From contig NIVC01000555.1 of NCBI GenBank assembly GCA_002269645.1, positions 183,938 to 247,937 on the forward strand: 64,000 nucleotides of DNA, written 5' to 3'. A program made the translations under genes and the position numbers. Within the stretch, counting starts at the first letter, position 1. Every line of letters begins with the position of its first letter. Below the pieces are notes generated by a model, which did not search any database, was not told where the DNA came from, and saw only the letters and a program-made list of their open reading frames with translations. Below are positions 12,002 through 24,368 of the stretch, piece by piece. The DNA is from Macrostomum lignano. Lineage: Eukaryota.

Positions 12002-12883
12002 ATGGCTGAAGGAGAAAATGGATACTCGTACGACGCTATCGTTGATTGGCTAAATCCAACCACCCAAAATGCAAGGTTGATAGCTTCAGATGCAAGCGAA
12101 TTCGCTTGTAAACTACGTAGTACGGAAAGAAGCGCAAGAAATGAGCTGCTTGGTCTTCCAGATTGCCCTTATAGGGTAGACTTTCTCGACTCGATGGACA
12201 ATGCAAAATCTTCTGGAGATGAGCTGAAAAGAAGATGCGAAGAGCTCTGTAGAGAATGGAACGACTTTTCTCAAAAATTCGAAACATCAAGTAAGGAGAA
12301 AAAACAATTTAGCTCCGCCGAATTGGACAAGCTGTTGGAAGATATGAATAAACTTTTGAAAATGTGTGCCGCTTGCGGACAACAATATTCTGAGACTCAA
12401 GAGAAATTAAACACAGCCATCAATGACTGCTCCCACTTAGTTGATGAGCTAGCGAAGGAAGCGGACCGCAAGAGAAAAGAGGAATCCGACAGAAAACTTA
12501 TGGGCTACGGTGCAGCAGTCGTTGGCTTTGGTGCAGCTGTGGCGACTGCTGGCGCGACTGCTCCAGCGATGTTTGCCTCTGGAAGCCTGACAACGGCCTC
12601 CGTAGGCACCGCTGCTTGGACTAAGGTTACGTCCGATGCTCTTGGTAGTCTCTCTGACAAGTTTAGCAAAGCTCGCAGAAACATGAACGAGACGCTTCGG
12701 CGTCTGAATGAACTGTCTAACTTGATTGCTAAACTTGAGAGATCGACTAAAGAAATGGCGAGAAATATCGAAATCGGAAGGGGCAGAGAGCGGAGAGTGA
12801 GAGATACGATACGTAGTAAGGAACAGGAAATCGAGAAACTGAAAGAGCAACTCCGAAAAGCTGGAATTTCGATGGATGATTGA
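12002..12883 (+). CDS. Orphan helical protein B, intact copy B2 (293 aa) with central hydrophobic hairpin
   Basis: Helical N-part, 42 uncharged residues (LMGYGAAVVGFGAAVATAGATAPAMFASGSLTTASVGTAAWT, 12497-12622), then a C-terminal coiled coil; no signal peptide. Confidence 0.85.
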   Translation: MAEGENGYSYDAIVDWLNPTTQNARLIASDASEFACKLRSTERSARNELLGLPDCPYRVDFLDSMDNAKSSGDELKRRCEELCREWNDFSQKFETSSKEKKQFSSAELDKLLEDMNKLLKMCAACGQQYSETQEKLNTAINDCSHLVDELAKEADRKRKEESDRKLMGYGAAVVGFGAAVATAGATAPAMFASGSLTTASVGTAAWTKVTSDALGSLSDKFSKARRNMNETLRRLNELSNLIAKLERSTKEMARNIEIGRGRERRVRDTIRSKEQEIEKLKEQLRKAGISMDD

Positions 12884-15090
12884 TCGAATCGTCGCAGCGA
12901 AAACTGACTAAAGCCTGCGGATTGGCTCTGCACGATGTTAACTAATCGATTACGAATACAGTCAACATTTTTTACTATACCCTTATGCATAACACAAGTG
13001 ATAGTTTCAGTTGCGTGTGTTTCAATAGTTTTTGTAATTGTATTGTATTTGAGGGGAAGGTTGTTACTCGATAGCTGGCTGTATCAACTGCATATACCTG
13101 TACTTACTGTCTACAATTTTTGTAACATTCAAGCTATCAGTAAGTGAAGTAGCTGGCCAGCTGCGGGATAATGCAACATTATTTAAATTTCAGTATCGAT
13201 TAGTTTTTTTCTGGTGACTTTTGAACTGCAATTTACTCCCTATCAATATCCCTATATTTACTCCCTTAGAATATTGTGCTAGCAATTTAGCTTCACTTAC
13301 TTTGGGGGACTGTACTATATCGCCTTGGGGAACAGTCTCGTCTCAGCTGGAAAACTACGTGTACTATACCTATACCATTAATTATCCAATGCGATCCAGA
13401 AGTTGGTGTCGTAGAAGCAGTGTTTTATTGCAGTCTTTGTCCGTTCATCGTGTACTCTTTAGTTTCGTTATTTTTGGCAAATGCATTGCCGCTTCATTTT
13501 ATTGTCTATGTCCCAACCTGGCGTATCTCTGCAAGCCTAGAACCATAAGAATTCTGGTTGTTTTTAGTTGCACAATACAAGCTGCTGCACGGCCTTGCCT
13601 GATCAAGGCTAAAGCGTTTTCTTATTCTTTCAAAAGTGCAGTCAGTTCATGACACTATTTTTCTATATTTCCTTGATAGACAGGCATGTTTACTCATTAG
13701 TCAGGTTAAACAGGTAGAAATTTTAGGCCGGCCCTTTCCTCAAGAATTTGCTGATCAATTGCTACTCACGCTAGACAATGTAAATTACATTCTTGAGCAG
13801 TGATGATCTCCTAAATAGCAGGTATAAGGGGGATTTTTGGAAATTGTTTCCACTTCCTCTATAATGCCACTAATTTTGAATTTATTATTCCAAAAAGAAA
13901 TCGACAAAAAATGGGAGTCGACTTTGTTTAAAAAAACGTTCCTCCATAATCCCATTAATTATATCTGTATTATCCCCACAGAATATAGACAGAATGCCCG
14001 ATCAGCCCTCTCGCAGAAAAATCTGCCGCAAAAAGTATTTGCATATATAGCTACCTTTGTTGTGAAGAAAGATAGTGGTCACTTATACTTACGCGTATTC
14101 GGCGTGGAGGGGTTGTGCCATAGACGACTGAGACTGCAGTCTCATATATATATATACTGTATATTCTGTGGCCGCTGCTGCAGCTACTGAAATTCCCCAA
14201 AGAGTGATTATCCCCAAAGAAATCGCATTGCTCATACCTCATTCAGGTGTCTGCCCAAAGCCAGATCCCAACAGCTTTTAACCACCAGTACAGTGTGGAG
14301 AGCTCAAACAAGGCTGTCGCCAGGTTTAGGCCCAGCGGAGACGGAGAGGATGAGTTTTGGGAGAGAGTACACAGGAGAGCAGAGAGAAGCTTGCCCGGAA
14401 GGAGAAACAGACAGAATTGAACAGCGAAAGCTATTCCTGAAGTATGGCAATTGTACTCTCCACCTTTCTACCTGCCGAGCCAGCAGAGGTAGCAGAGGTT
14501 GTATCGATTTTTCTGACTAAGCATCCCCTCAGTCAGCGGTCGCAGTTCCCAATGCTTGAGTCCATTTTTAAGCGTTGCGGAATTTCTCTTTTACGCCTGC
14601 GAGCCATTAAGCTAGCATCTCACAAAGGCGCTTCTGTTGATTGGGTTAACAAGTTGAAGCCGAACCAGATATTGCCAGAACCAGATAATGCAGTATCCAA
14701 TATTGCATTGAAGCTGTCATGACAAGTATTGTGCCTTTCTGTCGACTTATAGTAAAGCAACATCAAAATGCTCCTACATGTATTTAAATGATTTAAATGC
14801 TTTTTGTCTACTTATAGTAAGATGGCGTGAAAATGCTCCTATTTTATTGCAGATTCTTTGTCAACTTTAATATCGCATTCTCTCAATAACAATTGTTAAG
14901 GTTAAAACTAACTCTTCAACGGTAAAATCCACCCCAATCCATCCTCAGTCTCAAACTGCAGAGCAACCTCATGAATTTCTTTACTACTCAAGACAACTCT
15001 CTCTTCACCGTATTGGGTTTCTCTACCAACATCTGACCACCAACAGCAGAGTTTGAAGTCGTATGTCTGTTCGTTCACCCTTAAAGACCA

Positions 15091-15218
15091 CTTGACTTAC
15101 TTGACTTAGCTGCAGGGCGGTCCGAAGACGCAGCGGGGAGGCGAGCGTCGCCCATTCCGCTAATCCCTGAAAGACCCGCAAAGGCTAGGGCGCGGGGCCG
15201 GTCAGGGAGGTCTGCCGC
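15091..15218 (-). mobile_element. Short retroposed fragment (3' end of a LINE/SINE)
   Basis: Absent from the paralog near 24535; CTTGACTTA-type repeated tail at the left end; imperfect direct repeats CCTTAAAGACCA / CCCTCAAGACCA flank it. Confidence 0.5.
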
Positions 15219-15270
15219 CCCTCAAGACCAAGTCGAGACTCAAATAGCTGCGAATTAAAATATTCAAGCC

Positions 15271-15320
15271 CATGGACAACTAGAGCTGTCCTAGTTTTCT
15301 AGTTACTCTAGTTGTCCATG
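15271..15320. mobile_element. 50-bp hAT-like micro-MITE
   Basis: Perfect 15-bp TIR CATGGACAACTAGAG/CTCTAGTTGTCCATG; 8-bp TSD TTCAAGCC/TTTAAGCC; empty site near 24577. Confidence 0.8.
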
Positions 15321-15785
15321 TTTAAGCCTCTAACAATATTAGCTGTATTTGGCGCTAAAAACCAACCCTCTTTGTAAAATTTTACCTCAAAAGCCAACTC
15401 CCTGTACCATATTGGGTTTTACAATGGGTAGAGATAACGTTATCGTAAACGTATAAGTATCGATAAGGATACTGTGTCGTTTCAAAACCCTATCTCTGCA
15501 TCCTTATGAATTTGTAAGGATCACTCTGATCGCAGTCAGATTATAAGTTATGAACAGTTTTTTGTCTGGTTAACTCGGTGTCAAAATTTTTCTTTTGGTA
15601 AAATAACATTTTTAAAGAAGTAATTATAAGCATCCACAGTCTGCATTACCTAAATAGCTCCAGAACGAGTTGGCAGCAGTCTAAACAGCCGATGCAGAAG
15701 TAGCTCAGACAGGAGCAGCCTCCGACCGTAGCAGCACTTCAGCTGCCTGTTATTACTGCTGGGTCGGCCAGCTCAAACTGCGACT

Positions 15786-17031
15786 TGTAGCGGCTCGCCT
15801 AAGGCTGTGCGAGCGAGTAAAGAAAGTCCACTTGCCAGGCCTCAAGTTCGGCCTGGCTTCTCAATTTGAGCGTCTATTTGGGCCATAGATATAAAAGTAA
15901 GAGAGGCATTTAGGCAAAGCTCTGCAGTCCGCATTATGTTAATAAGTTGGCGGCTGTGGACCGCCACATAGCTCCCCCCAGAGCTTTACTAAATGTGCCT
16001 CATTGTATGGAACCATTGCGCTGCAGGGCACTGATCTGACAGGTTGCGTGCAGATGCAGACTTAGTCACAGTGGTGCCGGATTGACTGACCCAGGTTGAC
16101 GGAAAGGTGGCCAGCATGCAGACGCGTCCAGTGTCGAGCCCTGTGCGCCAGCAGAATGTCAACTGCGGGGGCGATGCAGCGTGGAACTTCGTACGCTGGC
16201 AAAAGGACGCCGGGATGCGGTCGCGGGACTGTAATGCCGATGGCGGGGCCGATAGCGGTCGCGCACGACTATGATGGCGGTGTATGCACTGTCAGTGCCT
16301 TGCCAAGATCTTATGCCCGCTGCACCACTAGGGACGGAACAAATGGGCGCTGCAGTCGCACGCGAGTCGGTGGCCGAGCAAGCGGCTACGGCCTTGACGA
16401 AGGCGACAGCAGTCACCGGGCAGAAACGCTGAACCGGCGGGACCCCAGGATGGGGCGGCGAGAATGTTGCCAGTCATGCAGAAGGCACCCACTCGGGACG
16501 ACACACCGCCAGGCAGTAGCGGATGGGGCTGGGGGAAACTGAGGAGCTCACGGCAGCAGCTCAGGACCCCCATGTGGCGCTATGTGCTGCGGCTGTCGAG
16601 AGTCGGAGGCCGGGCAGGCGGCTACGGCCGTGACATAGGCGGCAGCGGATGCCGGCCAGAAACGCTGGACCGGCGGTGGCCCGGCGCGTGCGTCGTGGAG
16701 CTGGTGTTGGCAGCGCCAGCGTAGAAAGCCAGATGGAGGCTGCAGACGGATGGCCGTCTGCTCTAATGGGCGCTGATGTCCTCTGTGCTGCGTGCCGCGT
16801 CCGCGGGGTTGGCCCGCCGCAAGCGGCGGCGGGAGTCGGGCTCAACAATGTAGCGGCTCGCCTAAGGCTGTGCGAGCGAGTAAAGAAAGTCCACTTGCCA
16901 GGCCTCAAGTTCGGCCTGGCTTCTCAATTTGAGCGTCTATTTGGGCCATAGATATAAAAGTAAGAGAGGCATTTAGGCAAAGCTTTGCAGTCCGCATTAT
17001 GTTAATAAGTTGGCGGCAGTGGACCGCCACA
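15786..17031 (-). mobile_element. Non-autonomous Ty3/Gypsy LTR element (TRIM-like, CsRn1-clade-like)
   Basis: 183-bp LTRs at 15786-15968 and 16849-17031 (TG..CA, 2 mismatches); 4-bp TSD GACT. On the minus strand there is a PPT GGGGGGAG and a degenerate tRNA-Trp-like PBS TGTTGAGCCCGAC. Empty sites near 407 and 25037. Confidence 0.92.
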
Positions 17032-17344
17032 GACTGCTCCCCCAGCTGCACTGGCGGTGCGTTAAGATCGCACTTTTACGACATGCTGGATGGCTAACAC
17101 TTTCGGGCTTGTAGGTCCTTGGATTTTCGTTGGCGTTCGATTTTGTACGATCGCTATTGATCTGCACTGAATATCCTTGTCGCTGATGCAGTCTCTGCGC
17201 AAGGAAATTTATACTGTATGTGTGCACAGTGTATCTCTTCCAAGAGAGCTAGAGAGCTAGACGGACTTTCATCAAACTTAACCAAAAATTTTTAATCGTC
17301 AATAACCATTTATTCATTCATCTTTACATATTTGTTCTGTGTCA

Positions 17345-17835
<491 letters not shown>

Positions 17836-19627
17836 ACAAGTGTCTGTGTGTTTAGCTGGACCTCAGAAGTTTTAATGCATTACATGGACCACCGACTCTT
17901 TTACTTTTAATAGAGCCTTTTTTAGTTCACGAAAGATCTTCAAAAGTTTGTTTATTTTTGAAGCTGACAGAGGCTCTCATTAGTGGAAATTGCACCAGTA
18001 TTTTTATTACTTAAACTGGACCGGTTTATATGGACACCGACAGAACGTGTTTTAGGTGAACCTTCACACCGATTCAAAATCATAGACCAAATTTAGCGTA
18101 AACCTAACACTGTCAGCTAAGGTTAAACACAGATGGAGGCAATTGGAAATAATCGATTTAACGTAAAGGAAACAATTTTAAAGAAACACAAAACATTGAA
18201 ATTTTTTTTGCCGGATTCGTTGATCCTGCTCCTCGGATTCTCGAAGGCCGTATAAATCCTGATTAGCAAAATAGTCGAACACTTGTAGATTTTCAGAAAA
18301 AATTGGTCCACCCCGACGGCTTGCATCCCCAATAACAACTGGATTTTGCCGTGATTTAATGCAAATGATCCTGCCGCATTAGCTGAGTTGGCTCGACTAG
18401 CAATATAGCCGCGGTCACGTAAATAGTCTCGAACCTCTAGTAGACTGATATTTGGAATTCCGATGAGCCTTGTTTTTGCAACATCGTCATCGGCAGAGCA
18501 AAAGCCAGAATATGCACTGGCTGCGGTAGCCATTTTTTGCATCGCACATCCCCGTGGCAACTCCACTGTTGCCGATATGTTCGAAATGGACATTTCCGAA
18601 CAGTTCGCAGGTGTTGAAATTGAGACGACGAAGTCCACCTATGAAATTAATCAAATTACATAAAATACTTTGTACGAGTATAACGTTCAGGATAATGCAA
18701 TCAAATTGTTCTATCATTAGGATTAAGAAGCGTTAAAAGATACACTCGAATACGCTCACTTAAATTGATACCAACAATAGAATTAAAAAACAACTCAACG
18801 TTTAGTACCAAAACTAACTTCGACAACAAAAAATACTAAAGTCGCTTCCCTGATTTGAAAAAAAAACGAAGCAATAGTGCCACCAAAATACTTCACGCCT
18901 TCTTCACATAGCCGATCACGGTTAAAAGCCTTTGGATATGCGAAAAAAACTTTTTGTCTTGGAACCAATTCGTTGAAAACTCGTTTCTGCTGTCGACTGC
19001 CTAAAATGTAATAAGTACCACTAAAAACATACAAAGCAAAACAAAAGGGAAACATTCTTATACTATTCACAGGCACTACATTTCAATTTATTTAAAAGAG
19101 ATAATCAGAACTCGCGGAATATCGGACCTTAAGAGAGTCTGGGAATGAGAGCTTATAAGCTGGACCCCAGATCAGGGCACCATCTTAAACTGACTGCGTC
19201 TGTCTGTTGGTGTCACGGTGTGTTAGCTGGACCCCAGATCGGGGCACCATCTTAAACTGACAAGATAATTCAATTATATCACAAGATAAGATCACGCTCC
19301 GTCGTCGCTACTTCCAGTAGTCTTTCATCCATGTGGTCTGAAAACCAGAGTGATGAAAACCTACAGCTCAGTTGCTAGCGAAAGAGTCAGACGTCTTGCT
19401 ATAACGAAAACGAATAAAAAGTTTAGATCAAATTACAAGGCGTCATTTTTTGAGGCAAAGTACCAGGGTGAGAGTAGCTGTGTACCAAAGCATCAGGTTA
19501 TAATGAGCAACGAGAATTATTCACATTTAACGCTTGGCAATCAGGCTGCTGTTATTTAGCCTCTCTTTCTCTCGCATAGAGATTCGCCAATCTTCTTCTT
19601 AATGCCGCACTGAAAAAAACAGTCTAG

Positions 19628-20423
19628 CCATGCCTGATCTGCACCGCTCTGGTCCGGCAGTTCCAGATCTTGGATCTCGGCTCCTTCGTTGACTACACGA
19701 CTGGCATGAGAGACGTCGGTGACATGAGGCACATTAGCCTCACAATGATGGGCAGCTCCGTGGTATCTTCGATGTACGAAGGCGGTACCGCTTTTGTCGG
19801 CAGCAGCCAAATGACTCATGAGCTGTGCAGCAGTGTCTGCGCTCTGGGCAGCTTCCAGTTCGCGGCTGTGCAGGCCGTATACTGGTGCTACTGCGGCAAC
19901 TCCTACGGGTCGCTGAGGCCAGTTCCTGCCGAGGACTGCCATTTCGCCTGCGAAGGAAACTATTTACAGAACTGCGGAGGCGACTTTCGAAACAGTTCGC
20001 TCCAGCTGGGCTACACCAGCGGTGAATTGCTGCTGCTGGTGTCCACTTGTTCAATCTCTGTTCTTCATACATGACTACATTGTACAGTATTTTGGTTGCA
20101 AAACTAAGTTTAAAGCAGTTGAGAGGCACTGAAATGCCATTGAGAGGCGAATCGTTTAACTTCAAATTATTTCATACCGAATCGAAGGTAACAACTTCTT
20201 CGTCCGTAGCAACGGGACCATCGTCGATCTCAACATCCCTGATGCCCTAAACTTTACGACTGTCAGCTCTCCGAGTCGGATCCAGTGCGTGTCCCTGTGC
20301 GCTGGTCCTGGCTGCCAGGCGGTGATCTTCAGCCAGCAGCAGTAGCGCCTGTGCCACCTGCTGGAGTTTGCAGTGCCAGCAGCGGCGACTTCTTTGTCCG
20401 TGGCTGATTACAAACGATGCTGA
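19628..20423 (+). pseudogene. WSC-domain plus PAN/apple-like protein with premature stop
   Basis: WSC motif MTHELCSSVC...AVQAVYWCYCGNSY...C...CEGNYLQNCGG. A later exon reads SRIQCVSLCAGPGCQAVIFSQQQ*RLCHLL with TAG at 20343-20345. Confidence 0.7.
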
Positions 20424-20767
20424 TGCTGATACAGTTGAGTAGAGCAGACGAGCTGTAAGAACCGCTGTTAAGAGGTAGATTAAATCATGCAATTTCATTT
20501 TTTTGAAAGTAGAAAAGATCATCTGGCGATTAGAAAATTTCTTGTTTTATATTTTCCTAGAAGGCTTACGCTCGTATCTTTCCTCTATGCATGGTTGCAC
20601 CGATGTTTTAAAAACATTAGCAACAGAAACGCATACCGGTAAGTAAATTAAATTCAGAGACGATATATATCGAAATAAATATACCAAAATCCCCTTTAAA
20701 ATCGCAAACATCACTGTATACTCAATAGAACTGTACTGTACTTTACTGCATCTCGGAAGACACACGA

Positions 20768-20820
20768 GAAAAATCCGGGGAAAACCAGTGAAATTTCCGC
20801 GGTATTTCCATGGCATTACC
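20768..20820 (+). promoter_or_regulatory. kappaB/Rel-like motif array upstream of B3
   Basis: Includes GGGGAAAACC (20777-20786), a Dorsal/Rel-type consensus, plus the invariant ATTTCCGCGGTATTTCCATGGCATTACC block. Confidence 0.6.
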
Positions 20821-21103
20821 TTAGTTCCATATTCGCGCGTCAATCTAAATGTATAAAAATCTACGATTAATAATGTACGTATAATAGTGATTTCGGTTGC
20901 AGAGACTCTAGCATCATTCACAGCTTTATTTACATACCTTGCTTCAGGTGCTTAAGTCTTCGAAATATACCTCAGTGAGTGTTTATATCGAAATGATCTG
21001 ACTGCTTTGTTTCAGTACTCGTATTTGTTTTTCCTATGAAATTGTTTTATCATGCACTTAGAAACGTTTTCCTAATGTAAATTTACTATTGCAGTTTTGA
21101 GGA

Positions 21104-22016
21104 ATGGCCCAAGGAAAGAATGATTGTTCGTACAACGGTATCCACGAGTGGCTAAATCCAGCCACCAAAAATGCAAGGTTGATAGCTTCAGATTCAAGCA
21201 AATTCGCTTGTGAACTGCGTAGTACGGAAAGAAGCGCAAAAAAGGAGCTGCTCTCTCTCTCATACTGCAGCCCTTACAGCGTGGACTTTAGTAGACAGAG
21301 GTTTCTCAACTCGATGGACGGTGCGAAATCTTCTGGAGATGAGCTGAAAAGTAAATGCGATGCGCTCTGTAAAGAATGGAAAAAAATTTGCCAATGATTA
21401 CGCTAAATCAAGCAAAGGGAAAAAAGAATCCGCCGAATTGGACAAGCTGTTGGAAGATGTGGATAAACTTTCGGAAAAATGTGCCGCTTGCAGACAGCAA
21501 TATTCTGTGACTCAAGAGAAATTAAACACCGCCATCAATGACTGCTCCCTCTTTGTTAAAGAGCTAGCGAGGGAAGCGGACCGCAAGAGAAAAGAGAAAT
21601 CTGCCAGAAAACGTAAAGGCAACTTTGCAGCTCTCGTTAGCTTTGGTGCAGCTGTGCTTGGTAGGCTCTCTGACAAGTTTAGAAAAGATCGCGGAAGCAT
21701 GAAAACGATGCGTCGGTGCCTGATGCAACTGTCTAACTTGATTGCTAGCCTTGAGAGATCGACTAAAGACATGACGAGAAGCATCGAAAACGGAAGAAGG
21801 GAGAGAGTTAAAGATACGACACGTAGTAAGGAGCAGGAAAATAAGAAACTGAAAGATACGATACGTAGTAAGGAGCAGGAAAATGAGAAACTGAAAGATA
21901 CGATACGTAGTCAGGAGCAGGAAAATGAGAAACTGAAAGATACGATACGTAGTAAGGAGCAGGAAAATGAGAAACTGAAAGAGCAACTCCGAAATGCTGG
22001 AATTTCAGATGACTGA
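21104..22016 (+). pseudogene. Gene B copy B3: +1 frameshift in an A7 run, in-frame hairpin deletion, 4x 42-bp C-terminal repeat
   Basis: ORFs 21104-21397 and 21360-22016 join if one A is removed from 21380-21386. GAAV is joined directly to LGRLSDKF. KDTIRSKEQENEKL-type repeat x4 at 21810-21977. Confidence 0.8.
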
Positions 22017-23583
22017 TCAAATTTTCACACCAAAAACTGACTAAAGCCTGCGAATTGGCTCTGCACACTATTGACTAATAGATTGCGAATACAGTTAACA
22101 TTTTCTACTACCCTTTATGCATGGAAAAAGTGATCTTTTTAGCTACGAGTGTTTGAATAATTTTTGTAATTGGTATTGTATTTGTTCTAATTACGCGATA
22201 GTTGGCTGTATCAACTGCATATACCTGTACTACTGCCTACAATGTTTGCAATATTCAAGCTATCAGTAAGTGAAGTAGCTGGCCAGCTGCGGATAATGCA
22301 ACATAATTTAAATTTCAGTATCGATTAGTTTTCTTCTGGTGACTTTTGAACTGCAATTTACTCCCTATCAATATCCCTATATTTACTCCCTTAGAATATT
22401 GTGCTAGCAATTTAGCTTCACTTACTTTGGGGGACTGTACCATATCGCCTTGGGGAACAGTCTCGTCTCAGCTGGAAAACTACGTGTACTATACCTATAC
22501 CATTAATTATCCAATGCGATCCCGCAGTTGGTATCGTAGAAGCAGTGTTTTATTGCAGTCTTTGTCCGTTCATCGTGTACTCTTTAGTTTCGTTATTTTT
22601 GGCAAATGCATTGCCGCTTCATTTTATTGTCTATGTCCCAACCTGGCGTATCTCTGTAAGCCTAGAACCATAAGAATTCTGGTTGCCTTTAGTTGCACAA
22701 TACAAGCTGCTGCACGGCCTTGCCTGATCAAGGCTAAAGCGTTTTCTTATTCTTTCAAAAGTGCAGTCAGTTCATGACACTATTTTTCTATATTTCCTTG
22801 ATAGACAGGCATGTTTACTCATTAGTCAGAGTAAACAGGTAGAAATTTTAGGCCGGCTCCTTTACTCAAGGATTTGCTGATCAAGTGCTACTCACGCTAG
22901 ACAATGTAAATTACATCCTTGAGCAGTGATGATCTCCTAAGTAGCAGGTATGAGGGGGATTTTCGGAAATTGTTTCCACTTCCTCTATAATGCCAATAGT
23001 TTTGCATTTAGTATTCCAAAAAGAAATAAAAATGGGAGTCGACTTTGTTAAAAAAAAACGTTCCCCCATAATCCCATTAATTCTATCTGTACTATCCCCA
23101 AAGAATCGCATTGTTCAAACTTCATTCGATTGTCTGCCCAAAGCCAGATCCCAACAGCTTTCAACCACCAGTACGCCAGGCTGTCGCCAGGTTTAGGCTC
23201 AGCGGAGACGGAGAGGATGAGTTTTGGGAGAGAGTACGCAGAGAGAAGCTTGCCCGGAAGTAGAAACAGACAGAATTGAACAGCGAAGGCTATTCCTAAA
23301 GTAAGGCAATTGTACTCTCCACCTTTCTACCTGCTGAGCCAGCAGAGGCTGTATCGATTTCTCTGACTTAGCATCCCCTCAGCAGCGGTCGCAGTCCCCA
23401 ACGCTTGCGTCCATTTTTAAGCGTTGGGAATTTCTCTTTTACGCTTGCGAGCCATTGAGCTAGCATCTCACAAAGGCGCTTCTGTTGATTGGGTTAACAA
23501 GTTGAAGCCGAACCAGATATTGCAAGAACCAGATACTGCAGTATGCAATATTGCATTGAAGCTGTCATGACAAGTATTGTGCC

Positions 23584-24368
23584 TTTCTGTCTACTTATAG
23601 TAAAGCAACATCAAAATGCTCCTATTTTATGATTTCAATGCTGCAAGTATCCGATAATACAGTATTCGTTTTTGTGCAGAGAAGCTCTCATGACAACTAC
23701 TATACGTTTTTGTCTACTTATAGTAAGGCGATGTTAAAATGCTCCTATTTTATGATTACAATGCTGCAAGTATCCGATAATACAGTATTCGTTTTTGTGC
23801 AGAGAAGCTCTCATGACAACTACTATACGTTTTTGTCTACTTATAGTAAGGCGATGTTAAAATGCTCCTATTTTATGATTACAATGCTGCAAGTATCCGA
23901 TAATACAGTATTCGTTTTTGTGCAGAGAAGCTATCGTGACAACTACTATACGTTTTTGTCTACTTATAGTAAGGCGATGTTAAAATGCTCCTATTTTATG
24001 ATTACAATGCTGCAAGTATCCGATAATACAGTATTCGTTTTTGTGCAGAGAAGCTCTCATGACAACTACTATACGTTTTTGTCTACTTATAGTAAGGCGA
24101 TGTTAAAATGCTCCTATTTTATGATTACAATGCTGCAAGTATCCGATAATACAGTATTCGTTTTTGTGCAGAGAAGCTCTCATGACAACTACTATACGTT
24201 TTTGTCTACTTATAGTAAGGCGATGTTAAAATGCTCCTATTTTATGATTACAATGCTGCAAGTATCCGATAATACAGTATTCGTTTTTGTGCAGAGAAGC
24301 TATCGTGACAACTACTATACGTTTTTGTCTACTTATAGTAAGGCGATGTTAAAGTGCTCCTATTTTAT
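23584..24368. repeat. 123-bp tandem repeat, about 6 copies
   Basis: Near-identical units; source of the 41-aa periodic ORF 23629-24435. Confidence 0.95.

Noticed and set aside
13221-13652. 143-aa ORF repeated at 22346-22777
   Set aside because: TTG start, no coding-like composition; the similarity is explained by recent segmental duplication.
14293-14722. Short ORFs in the post-B region (paralog near 23160-23570)
   Set aside because: Frames are not preserved between the two paralogs and no domain was recognised; possibly an old element relic.
18123-18638. 171-aa minus-strand ORF with IPNISLLEVRDYL, reminiscent of transposon accessory proteins
   Set aside because: No recognisable catalytic motif or element ends; too weak to call.
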